Under the pieces are notes generated by a model. The model was not told the DNA's origin and made no database searches. It saw only the letters and a program-made list of their open reading frames with translations. A DNA stretch of 64,000 nucleotides from Balanoglossus misakiensis (lineage: Eukaryota > Animalia > Hemichordata), in assembly GCA_040954595.2 (NCBI GenBank), contig CM082577.2, forward strand, positions 10,627,846 through 10,691,845, read 5' to 3'. How positions within the stretch are numbered: the stretch's first letter is position 1; every line of letters starts with the position of its first letter. A program made the translations under genes and the position numbers. Shown here piece by piece: positions 22,101-42,900 of this stretch.

Positions 22101-25100
22101 CGATATGATTCCGTGTGTCTATCCGGACCTTGACTCCTGAAGTCCAGTCTTTAAACTTGTCGCCAACGGGCTCAAGTCGCCGCTAATCCCCTCTGACACC
22201 AACACATCTCGAGTGGGGGATCGGAGAATAGCGGTCTCGAGGACAATGGCGTTTGTTCATACATTCGATTTGAACCATTAATCGCTTGATTGGTTTTAAT
22301 GGGCTTCGGAGAGGGGCGACCGGTATCGTTGTCCTGGACGCCGTGGCACGCCAGGTAGAGAAAGCCGAGTGGGTCGTGCATGGGGATTTTGACGCGGCCG
22401 GGCGCGGCGGGGAGAAAATGTTTGGCGATTTCAGACCGTGGTTGCGTCTCCATGGGAGGGACCCCGTCACCGGCTGCTATGTGATCTTTTTGGAACTGCG
22501 CACACGGAAGGTCATCTCGGTGTTAAATAATCCGATCGGTAGCCATGGAGCAAGAATACGACGCAAGGCGCTATCAATTTTGGGGGAAATATTTGGGAAA
22601 TTGCACGGAAATTGTACGACTTTGAGAAGATGGTTGGACTTTCCTAGTAATTGTAAAATAATTCCCGTCAAACACATCTAAAATTTACAAATGGACCTGC
22701 ACTGATCGTCATGTTATTTTGACACCTTCCCCGGATTTCCATAACATGTAGTGGGATCCTTGTCGAATTTATTTCTACACGTGTACCTAGTGTCGCTTTG
22801 GGACGGGTAAATCGCCGCAGAGTAGGCGCTCAAAGATGTTTCACAATTAGGAATTCAAACCAAAGGAATTTAATAAAATATAAACGATTCCGCCAAAAAT
22901 GATAACTTAGTCTTTCTGTTGAAACCGTTTGGTAAAGCTTCTTCCCGCGTCTCTATGTACTATTACTAGTTGGACGTCTTTGATGGATGAGGACATGCCT
23001 GTTGTATAGACGCGTGGTTCAGGGTTGAGATTTCACACAAGAGCAACGTTGCCGCCAGGTATATACCGAGCCGAACATTGAATGAGCGGATAAAGAAAAT
23101 CCAATCAAGTCTCTCCTGAAGGCAACAGCGTCTTTGTGTATGGAGTTCTTTTTAGAGTTAGAAGGCGATTTGACGCGCTTTAATATACAGTGCGGTGCGT
23201 GGTTCAGGGGCGATCTTTCACACCCTCCGAGCAACAAGGGTCGGGGTCAAACGTCTGTCTGTGCATAGAGAAGTTTTTTTTCTCGGGTAGCTAAGGTATG
23301 AGTGTGGTAGTAAACACCGGGACGTGATGGTCTATACAGACCCGTGGGATATATTTTACATTGTATTAAAACTCAAACCTCTTGGTGTAACTATCTTGTA
23401 TCTCACCAACCCGTTTGACTCGTCAAAAATATATTTGCATATTTATGATATATGAATATTGATAAAACAGATTCAAGTTTTAGCGAATGATTTATAGGCG
23501 CCAATAGGCCCACCTCTCGCTTTCGGCTTTTTTTCCAGTTGCAGCTGCAGTGTTTTTTGTTCTGTGTTTCATCTGCAGTTTCTTGTTCGACTAAACGCCT
23601 ATAGAATTTAGCTAAAACACGGTCAGAAAAGTTCTTTCCCGGCCGAAAATTGAATTAACATCATGAATTTCATGAAGACGCACATGCAGTGAACACCTCC
23701 AGAATAATAATTGAGAGGGAAATATTCAGTTTCATTTATCAATTAATGTTTTTCATGAGACTGAAATAACAATTAACATGCTCGCGCACATCTTCGCCAG
23801 TCAAACGACTTTTTTTTCGGACAGGGTCCCCAGTTAGCCGAGCGTTGCGAATCGAATATTGACGATGATGAGCACATTGGCACATGATTTTACCTAAAGC
23901 AGTGCACAGATCTTCATTTGAACAACTTCTACCAATTATGACTGCATCTATCTGTTTTGAAAGAATTCGAACCAGTTCGGAGTATGGGCGACATTTTTCC
24001 GTCTGTTTTATATAATATTGTTGTTGACTTTCCTCGTGATGACGATAGCAACCACCGGGCAACCGCTCTCCGATGCGTTGCTGAGTTGATAACTACTAGT
24101 ATGCAGAATGCGTTTGTTTGGTAATGTAAAGCAGTTGGTATGCAATTTAGAACTACAAGTGCGCGTGTCCATACACACTTGTTGACCGCAAAAATCGTTG
24201 CTGGACAAAGTACATTAAAAGTAGAACAGTTGCCAAGACGCGGCCGCCCACGGGGGGAAAAAGTCCGACACCCCAGAATTTTGAAATGGTTGCTTGGCAA
24301 CACCGATGAACGATACAAGTTGGCTGCATCATCAGGAAGGACCAGTAGAACGCTGAAAATTTCCTCTTTCATGTATTTCTACCTGTCTTGTGTGCTTAGC
24401 AGTTTCCACGTCGCTGCCTTCGCTCAAAAAATCATACTTGGCAGTGACAGCGCAATGACCTTCAGCTTACACACGTCACAACAAACCGCAGACACCGACT
24501 GTAAACGGGGGGGGGGGGGGGGGGGGGTAGGTGATGGGGTTATCGCAGAACGTCGGTTCATTTATATTTGTTCAAAATGCATCTGAGATATTATGAAATA
24601 TTACGGCTAATTTGCCGGATAATTTATTGTGAAATAAAATCTCCAAATAGTTGCATTTTAAGTTGAATATTGATGCAAGACTTTAACGCTAAGGGCTACC
24701 AAAGAATGCCACCATTATGTCATTTCTAGCAGACGACCTTTTCACCCCTAAAAGTATGATTGTACCCTGGTGTTTTCAAACGCAGATTCGGCCTCGCCCC
24801 TTGGCGCTGTCACAAAAAGATAGAGGTGGGGGTGAAATGATTGTATTGTACAATTCCTGTTTACGTGTTTACACATAGAGGTTTAACTGTTCTATTTTAT
24901 CACAGATCAACAACAATTGATCGGTTCGTAGATGACAAACTAGTCTAGAATTCAGACCTGCATTTTGTCTGCTATGATCTGTGTAAAGTGAGCATAGCGA
25001 AAAAAAACACACACTTCTGGATTCTAGACTGACGATAAATTAACAAACTCAGCTAACCACCTGACTACTTATTCCTCGCATCTCCTAACTCAATCACCAC

Positions 25101-26479
25101 CAAAATCTGACGAGGTGCAACAAATACTAGACCTTGCTGTGTTACGATGTCTCTCATCTTGGCATGTACTCGCAAACAGACGCTACGGCTGAAATGCAAA
25201 ATGCCAGATGAATTCTAAAGATGACGGCGTATACAGCATGTACAAATGTCCCTAAAGTAGTTGTACCTCTCAGAAACTCTATTACTGGTATAGAGTTCGC
25301 CATCTTGGCACAAATGGTTGGAAAGTGAAAACACGCCCATTGTTGGGACGACAATGTATATGTGTTCAGCATTCGAGTTTTTGTATAGTCTATCTGTATT
25401 TGAATGCAGTACATGCTCGACTGGCAATCTGGGGGATACCATTTAAATTCCATAACTGTCACACCACTTCCCTCGCCTTAAAAACCTTCAGTTAGCTGCA
25501 AATATTTTCTTGTTTTTTCGTTCACCATGCACTCTGAGCATGCGGTTTGGAGTGGGCTATGATATACGCAAATACTAGCGTCACAACAGGTCTTTACAAA
25601 AGTGAAGTTTTCAGCAATGCATTGTTCTTTGAATTGTAGCGCAAATACCAGAGACGCGAAGTCGCTAAAACAAGTTACAAAGTCCCTGCGTGGTCAACAG
25701 ACTGAGAAAACACTGGAGGAATGGATACAGTTCCCTGCTAGTAACTGAGTGCTGCTGAGAGACAAGGAAATGTTAATGACAAAATGGCTGCCTGCTGGCC
25801 ATATTGGATCTGTATGCAAAACAAATCGCCAAGAACATTGTCCTTGTACCACGTGTACCAAGTTTGAATAAGCTTTGTTCAGATGGAGCTTAAGCTCGGC
25901 TGTAAGTTCCCCTGACAACCTCTGCAGAGACTAACAAGAAGTCACATCACAAAGACATGAGCTTAGAATCACCAGCATACCGGTATATACATATACACCA
26001 ATGAAAACAAACAATATGTACAATCAATAATTGCATGGTTGAGGAATACATCTTCTAACTTTACAAGATCATAAAATAATTTTATTATTTTTCTGTTACA
26101 TATAAATATATTTTAATTACCTTAGCAACTTAGCCATTATGAAGCAAAATCATATTGAAGAGGTTTATGATTGACCAGCTGTTATTTTCAATTACAGAAA
26201 CAGATTTCGGACTTTAGTAAGTGGTAGGTGATGTCAAAACCACTTGATGGTAGCCATGGTTACCACAGTGTGAGGGTGATACTCAGAATTGATATGTTTA
26301 AAAAACTTGACATGTAGAGCAACATAAAAATTCCTTTCATAAATGATAATCATAAAGTCTCTTTGGAATTAAAAAAATTGCAATTTTGGAAGACACTTCA
26401 GAAACTGTTCAATCTGAATATGTAGCCCGTTTCTCCCCAAAGCAAGCTGTATATCCTGCAGGGAGCTCTCATGCCTTAA

Positions 26480-26564
26480 CCCTTCCACCCCCAGTTCGCT
26501 CTTTGGAGGTCCAAACTTACCATATAAAACAATGGGTTTGGGCTGAACCATGGTGGTGAAAGGG
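26480..26564. mobile_element. piggyBac-like MITE in the RINT1 3' UTR
   Basis: ttaa-cccttccacccc...ggtgaaaggg; family match to 51409-51494. Confidence 0.7.
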
Positions 26565-26681
26565 TAAAACCAATCCGTTCTTACTTTGAAAATTCTCTCA
26601 CCCACACCAGGTGTGAGTCATCGTCCTTTCAGCCAATCAGCACCCAATATGCAAATTCTCTCCCACTGCACCAGTGAATCA

Positions 26682-35163
<8,482 letters not shown>

Positions 35164-35659
35164 ATTGAACTTATCTACAACGCCCTCAAGAGCTATATGA
35201 AAAAAAACCTTTTGTTTTCTATTCCACAACAACATACATGTACCTATCACATACATGTACCTAATTTAAAACCCCTAAAATGTTTGTGTAGAAAGGGATG
35301 GTTCAAATGAAGCCAAAGCCTTCTTATTTGGTCAAGTTGTAACACCCCATTCTTTGACTGATAATTGACTACACGTTTGTAATTTTTCACAAGCATTACA
35401 CTGTATGGATTGCATGAAGCTGATCCCAGGTGCAAGCTTCTTTGCCCCAGTGGTATCAAAGCAATCTGAGCATGGGGAAAGTAAAGGGCCTTGTCATCTC
35501 ACGAGATAACTACCCTTTTACCACCATTGCTTGGTATGACCCTTTTGATTTCAATACCGGGTTCAATGGACCAATACACATAAATAGGGGTGGAAGCACT
35601 TAAATGCACAGCAAGCGAGGCATACCACAGACACACTGACCAGTTATCAAATACATTTC

Positions 35660-35665
35660 TTTATT
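35660..35665 (-). terminator. Putative distal poly(A) signal of KDELR (a proximal one lies at 36833-36838)
   Basis: AATAAA on the minus strand followed about 20-45 nt downstream by a GT-rich element (gtcagtgtgtctgtgg). Confidence 0.55.
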
Positions 35666-36452
35666 GATAATGTTGAACTAACAAATACAATTTTTTGTAT
35701 TCCTTGGGATTTCTACTTCTTAAAGAGTTACCTACACCAATGAGACGGAGACTAGACCGATATCTCTAACCGCTACAGATTAATAATAAGACGTCAGAAA
35801 AAAATCACTAATCATAGTGACCAAAAAACTAAAGTTACATATTGCCAACATCATCAATGGGTTTAGTAGGTGAACTGTTTTGTGTTTGTAATGTACACAC
35901 CTAGGGTGAGTTTGCACAGGGAATACCACTGATTATAGGTAAAACATGCATTTTAACAGTGTTACAAAACCAAATACATATGTAAAAAGTTTCTAAATCT
36001 GGTATGTTTCATCATTTATGAACTTTCTGAGGATGTTTTATTTGTGGTGGGTCGACATCACTACTCCAAGTGTCGGAGACCACGCTGACTGTAGAGACTC
36101 GACGCAGGGAAGTATATTTTTTAATTTATAAAATTCTCTCCTTTTAATACATACGAATGTGTGTGGCTTGCGCAAGCACAGACTGGTAGATGCTGAATTG
36201 TGACGATGATGATGATGATGACAATGATGCTGCAACGAGACGAAGCTGCCCTTATTTGTACAGCGAACGGAAGACGACAAATAGTTGACAAAATAGTGAA
36301 TTTAACATTTCTGCCTAGTTACCAAAATAGATTTCCTGTCAATTTATGCAATCCAATGGGAATGTCCCACAACACTTCAGCAGGTGTACGTCTAGGTCGG
36401 TCATAAGGACCCATACACCTGTTGAAGAAATGTGTGGATATTGGGTTCTAAA

Positions 36453-36538
36453 CCCTTTCACCACAATGGTTTGATCCAAATCCACTGTTCTCTAGGGTAG
36501 AGCTGGACCTCTATAGAGGCGAACTTGGGGTGAAAGGG
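36453..36538. mobile_element. piggyBac-like MITE
   Basis: ccctttcacc...ggtgaaaggg-ttaa. Confidence 0.7.
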
Positions 36539-37932
36539 TTAAAGAGATACAAAGAGACTGACCAATCAGAGGACACGGCTCCTGCAGGTCAGCCAAATCA
36601 AAAACACTCACTGCCTATCCCCTAGTTACTTGACAAGCCATATGAAATATTTCCACTTCCATCAATCTGACAGTTTGCCCAGCTTTCCCATTTATTTCCC
36701 TCGGTGGATAGACCAGAAAACGTTTCCAGGCTCAAGACCAAACAGATTGTATTCTCATAACTATTTTCCTAAGTACTCGTAACTAAAGAAAAATCTGTGG
36801 CAAAAGTACATGAAACATGAAATGAAGACTGCTTTATTGTAATGTTATATTGGAGTCAAATAAATAAATGGAGAATATTTGATTAGCGCTACAATGATAA
36901 AATCTCGCTGGGGAAAAAACCCTGACTTACTTGTCAACCAGAATCAAATGATGGTGTGACGATAAATTGATCGATGTGGCTTGAATGCAGCCACTTAGAG
37001 ATAGCAGATTGAAACCTCGTCTTTCACCTTGTGGCACACACAAATTATTCCACTGCTCGACAACGGTGGGGGTATGGCTTCAGATTGATTGCTTGCTTTT
37101 AATTGACAGCCGAATAAAGTGATTATTAAAAATGTCGTTGATTTTAATTAAATACTGATATCAGAATCACATGCCGGGGGCATGGGAGGATTTGATTCCT
37201 CTCATCCATAATCCCATCACTTGAAAATATTTTGTTGTCAAAGAATGCTTTACGGATATGCATTGAATAAAAAGTGACAAAACATATAAAAAAAAATCAA
37301 AGTATGCAAGGGTTGAGAGACAATGGCCTGAGGGGTGCAAATCTTAGAAACATTTCAGGGTGTGAGACGACAAAAAAGCATCCCTTCTTCCCCCACAGTA
37401 TCGAGCTATAATACACACCTAGTGTTAAAACTTCTCAGACTGACAAAAAATATATTCTTGCTATAAAACATGACCTTTGTAGATGCAAAAAACGGGACTT
37501 GTATCTCGAAAATTGGTCAAAATAGTTGCTTTACTGAAAAAAAAAGTCACTTTCATAGCTGCTGGCAGACACGGCCGAATTCTATGTGCGAGACGATGTT
37601 GTGGGGGAAACATCACATCTGAAAAGCGATGAATTCCATTTCCATCCTTTTGATGAAAAATTTCAGGTGACAAAGTATCATTGCTGGAAAACAGCTGACA
37701 AAGATTGCAAAAATCCCCAAACGCTCAATATGCGTGGAACTTGTCTGGACAGATGGCTCAATGCCCCTAAAGAACACAGCACTTGAGATAGAATTTTATC
37801 TGGGTTGCAGGACTTTGCAAAAGATTTGTGCACAAGTAGCATTGCAAGTCAGTACGTCCTTGATTCATTGCACAAGTAGGTGACAGCCCTCTGTATCTCC
37901 AGATCGTTTCAAATCCCTAACCCTAACTGTAA

Positions 37933-38020
37933 CCCTTTCACCCCAGGTTCCGTCTTTAGAGGTCCAACAACCTTGCCATACAAGACAATGGGTTAGGAAA
38001 GAACAATGGTGGTGAAAGGG
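37933..38020. mobile_element. piggyBac-like MITE in the KDELR 3' UTR
   Basis: ccctttcacc...ggtgaaaggg-ttaa. Confidence 0.7.
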
Positions 38021-38278
38021 TTAAAACAGAAAGAAGGGGAGGGCAAGCCCAAAATCTCAGCTTACTGTGGCATCCCCCAATGAAACAAGATCAAACAAAC
38101 CAACTGTGCATTTGATTTCACTATTTCCAATGTTCTCTGTCAGCGTGTGTTTGGGATACATAGTCTCGCACATAGAATAAGCTATCTTATTCATGTCTGC
38201 ATTGTAGCTTTATAAATGTCATTACAATCACAATTGTACTTCTCAAGTTATAAATTTCATCTTCAAACCGTCGGAGGT

Positions 38279-41200
38279 TTATGCCGGTAGCGTCAGCTGT
38301 TTGCCTTTAAGAACTGCAAGAGGAGAGAAAATAATGTTGAGAATTAACAGAAAGCTCATAAATATTCAAACCAAAAAACTCATCCCCACAAAGTCATGAA
38401 AATAGAAATGTTTTTCGGAAGTTTTCTAAGATGACACTTTATGTTGGATTCTGACAAAAACGAGATTCACTGATTCGGTCACTCTTGACGCATTGACTCA
38501 GTCTCTGCAGAACAAAAAATGAAAAAGGTACAATTTCATGCATATTTGACATTTTAGAAATAACACTACACGCGCATTTACGACAGATTATACACTGGGT
38601 ACGAAAACAGTACAGCACGTGAAAATCTACACCGTCTTACCTTTTGTGATGTACAAATAGAAGAAATCGCAGTAGAGAATGGTCTGCACGCATCCAGCGA
38701 CGATGGCGATGAGATCAAAGAAACCCTCGGTGTAGTAGCGGTACAACCAATTGACTATGTACAGGGCGCGGTAGGATCCAAGCGCAAACAGGTAATGACT
38801 TGTGATGGTCTCAGCCTCTCCGGTCTTACTGATCATAAATAACTGCGGCAAGATGGCGACCGATTCCAGATAGATTGAGAAAGTCCACAGAATCTGCATG
38901 GGAGAGAAAAAATGGCCAGCTAAGTTCAGTTGCCAATAAGGTTGTATTTAATTTAAATACTTATTTCTTTATTCACGCATTGAGGGCTAAACACCTTGTG
39001 CAACATTTTGGCTATTTGATTGCAGTTTCCTAAGATGTCACTAATTTTCTTGTAGATATACATGTATATGCACATTTCATCACTATGATTTACTGAAACA
39101 GCGAGACCTTACAGTATTCGTGGAATGATAATCATGGGACGGTAGTTTTCCCTTTAATTTACAAAAACAGAACAGTCTGATTTAATTTACACACAATGAT
39201 GAGACTGACTGCCAAGTACAATGACAGATTAATTTGCATGGCAAACGAGACTGTTAATTATGCAAGTTTGAATGCCAGCTTCAAATTCAAGTTTAGGTGG
39301 GGAAAACTCGGGACTTCGCTTGAGGTTATAACCCAACTGAAAATCACAAATTCACACGATGTGGAAATCGACCTTAGTAATCTCTCCTGACCACACATTT
39401 GTAGAATTTGGCACAGCTATGAAATCTAGAATCCAGCATTCTCCCCAATCCAATCACAGAGTGGAGTGGAACCATTAACATAACAATAGGAAGCTATTAA
39501 CATTACAATAGCTATACTGTTATGCAGATTAGCCATCACTCTGCTAGAAAATTATGGGGAGAACACTGGAATCTACTTATTGGATCATAGGTTTTCGAAT
39601 TAGATTACTTCACTCAATGAGAAGTCGGTAACAGACAACACACACCCTTGATCTGTTTGTCAGTTCTTACCTCCAGTGGAGAGAAGTCGTGGTTTACGAG
39701 GAAGGCTAAGCCGCCAACAGGAACAACCAAGAACTCCACTCGGAACGTGTCGTGGTTACTGTCGTAGGTGGCCTTGAACTTGGCAAACATAAGGTAGACA
39801 GTGGTCACCGAACAGAAAATGTAGATGATCTTCATGGAGGAGTTGTATACAGATATAAAGTTTGTGAAAAGATCTAGGTATCTTGTGATGAACACCATGG
39901 CAAATAGGATTTGACTCTTCCCCGAAACACCTGCAAAGCAAAGCATACAAAAAAATCAGTGAGTCTGAGATTTAATAAATGTTATCCATTTCTCCATCAT
40001 GAATCAGTCCAAACCCATTGATTCCTATGGTAAAATTGGACCTCAAAAGAGGGAACTGGGAGTGAAAGGGTTAAATATTGTTGAGTTTCTTGTCGTCCTG
40101 ATCACGTCAGTAAGAGACTTTGACCCTTTTCTTGTCACCAACATTACAACAGAAAACGACAGGTGTCCAATGGCTCTTCCATCATCAAGGTGTGTACGGA
40201 TATAGCTGAATTTACAAACAAATCTGTCCTCTCAATTACTTGCCACAAAGATTCTTTGCAGATGTGCAAAAACTTAAGTGTCTGTTTAGCCATGAGGGTT
40301 AACTCAAGTGAAATCCATACTCAATAAATATGACTCCAAATAAATGCATCGTGTACACCTGTTCAGCTTCAATACACAGGTTACTGAGTGCTGGTGTTTG
40401 TTGACACTTGCTATTTACACAGAGTTAGTCATTTTTTTCTGAATGATACATTATGATTTATCAATTAAAGGCACGTAAGCTGCAACTTTGGGGATAATTT
40501 CATAATTTTTGTTTCAAACTGTACTACCATTAGTCTATGCAGATGAATGCAGTGAACTAAACACAAGCATTATAAACCCTAAATATGAGTGCATATGCAA
40601 GTTCTAAGCAGATAAATAATAAAGCTTTGCCGCAAGCGATTATGGCCGCCACCGTGGGAAAATGCAAAAAACAACGAAAATGTTGCATTTCCGGTTATGA
40701 AACTTTATAAACAAAACATGATCTCATCCACTTGAGCTCATGGAAGTAAATGTACACCGCTGAGACATTATATTTTCCTTTTTCATTCCAATATTGCACT
40801 TTTTTAAAAATTGCAGGAATTTTCGTTTTTCTTCAATTTTTGGCCATTTTGTCATAAATAAGTGTTGAGCTTGATATATTATCATGAAATATCATTTAAT
40901 AGACATGATTAAAAGCATATATGAGATTATTTAAAACTTATAATTTTTTTATCCAGTTGCAGCTCATGTGCCTTTAAGTCAATTTGCATACAGATATTTA
41001 ATTTATATTTAGGAAAACCTATCATAACACACCTTGTAATTTAGGGGGAGAGTGCTGCATTGAATGTTATGACCTGATCTTTTTCACACAATACTGTGCA
41101 CCATACATGTATGATACATTAACACTGACCTCTGAGTCGGACTCTGGTACCATCTGGATAATACTATACCGTATGGTTATAATTATTACATCTTTATTAG

Positions 41201-42784
41201 CGCGGTTGATTACATTGGACAAATTATAAATTCAAAATTGGAGTAGAAGCTTTTTAGGAAAAATTAATTGTAAAATGGCTCTGTAGTAGACAGGATGGAA
41301 GCTTATTAATGTAATGCAAATTGTTCATCTAGTTCTATTGGTTTATATTTCAGCACTGTTATTTTTGGTGTGCAACTGAATCAAGCCTGTTGATTCAGTT
41401 ACTCATCATATGAAAACTAAAATTAAAGGTCATTCGAATGAGTTGAATGCTAAGCACTTCTAATTACCTCAATTTGTATCTATGGAACTACCATTGCATC
41501 TAGCTAACAATGTTTAACCTCCCATCAGGTGACTTAGTAGAACCTTACAAATTTTGTCACAAACCACTGGTATGACCTCACTGTCTGTTCCTCAGTTTCC
41601 ACAGCGGATATGGATTCACTTGGGCGGATTACTGTAAACCAATAAATGAGCTACCCTTTTGTGGTGCACCAGACAAGAAAAGCTTCAATTATTCCTGCTG
41701 TGTAGGTCGAAGGCCACACCTACAGAGACAGTTGCATTTGACTTGCACTACCTGCCTATCTCAATTTTGAGCTTATAGCCAAATTATTTAATAAATCATC
41801 TACTCAAAGTATTCATTGGCAGAGTCCTGTGTTTGGGTGGGACAAGTATTTACGGCTAGTCAACACAGACCAACCCACATCCTAAGGATCTGGTTCACTT
41901 AGTGGACACGACTATACCCCAGGGGCGATACCATGTTTTTTTAGGGTTAGGGTTAGGAGGGTTAGGGTTAGGGTTAAACTCACCCTCACATTGCCACCCC
42001 TAACCCTCCTAACCCTAACCCTAACTCACCCTCATTGCCATGGTATCGTTGCCATGGGGTATAGTCGTGTCCACTAAGTGAACCAGATCCCATCCTAACT
42101 TACTTCTACTGTTCACACGTACTAACTGTGCAATAGTTTATCGGATCATATTTAACCTCATTATTTCTGTTTCGCAAGAAATAAAATATGCGATATTTTG
42201 ACGCTGATCAATAAATGACGACGATGGAAATACGCCACGTCGTTGATGCGAAGGGAACCTGGAAGAAGAAATCTAACACCGTGTCGCTAATACATACACC
42301 ATGGCTTCCCTCAAAAACAGCTGGTGGACGAATCGAGTGTGTCAATGTCTGTCTGTAATCTGTATGTGAACGCAGTGTCAGCCTGCGTATCACTGTTGGG
42401 ATCTTGCGAGCAGCGAGCAGTGCAAAAGTTTGCGGAAACTTAGATCTATAGATATTACGTGAGTGCAAGAAAACTACTGACACGCGCAGACCCTGTCGCA
42501 CAATTTTTTCAAGACCATTGTGGAAAATGCTCATCATGCCCTTGCAAGTTGGCAGACGCCACGTTGGAACCTGGAACGTACACATATGCATACCCGCCGT
42601 ACCGTCAATGGAAACTGTATGTAGCCGGCCGGCGATTTATTTACAAAATTTGAACGGTCGCCGCGCGTAATTTCGATGATGAAGTGTACTGACCTGCACA
42701 AGATCTCGTCCTCCATATCTTCAACAACAAGATAATGATAGCTAAGAGATGGCACAAGTCTCCGACCAACCGAAAAACATTCAT
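38279..42784 (-). CDS. KDELR: ER lumen protein-retaining receptor (KDEL receptor, ERD2), 212 aa
   Basis: Exons 42784-42694 ([31 protein letters not shown]), 39930-39671, 38893-38641, 38313-38279 ([11 protein letters not shown]), 639 nt in total. Hallmarks [37 protein letters not shown]. Confidence 0.97.
39986..40070. mobile_element. piggyBac-like MITE, left end degenerate
   Basis: Internal cagtccaaacccattg...ctatggtaa and right end gtgaaaggg-ttaa match the family. Confidence 0.6.
40469..40973. mobile_element. About 505-bp Kolobok-like non-autonomous element, copy 1
   Basis: TTAA TSD, TIR aggcacgtaagctgcaact / agttgcagctcatgtgcct; highly similar copy at 57161-57665. Confidence 0.88.
41886..42090. 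mobile_element. 205-bp MITE with 35-bp perfect TIRs, 8-bp TSD and internal inverted telomeric repeats (Merlin-like)
   Basis: TIR ggatctggttcacttagtggacacgactatacccc; TSD catcctaa at 41878-41885 and 42091-42098; TTAGGG tract 41941-41975 facing a CCCTAA tract about 41998-42024. Confidence 0.88.
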
Positions 42785-42799
42785 TTTCCTAGGTGATAT

Positions 42800-42900
42800 C
42801 CAGCACACACACCTCACAGGTACAATATGGCGGCTAAGGCGACGTGGCGGAGAGCGCAGTGTATTATGGGAGTTGACGCGCCCTCAATGTACATCTATTG
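42800..42900 (-). promoter_or_regulatory. KDELR promoter/TSS region
   Basis: YY1-type GCCGCCATATTG (about 42823-42834) within a CpG-rich stretch just upstream of the ATG. Confidence 0.65.

Noticed and set aside
22172-22681. CpG-rich segment with ORFs of 93-131 aa on both strands
   Set aside because: No recognisable protein and no convincing splice sites; more likely regulatory DNA upstream of the unidentified gene.
23739-24586. ORFs of 107-148 aa
   Set aside because: No domain motifs, non-ATG starts for most, and the region looks like decayed repeat.
41941-42024. Chromosome-fusion scar from inverted telomeric repeats
   Set aside because: Enclosed by TIRs and a TSD, so it is part of a transposon.
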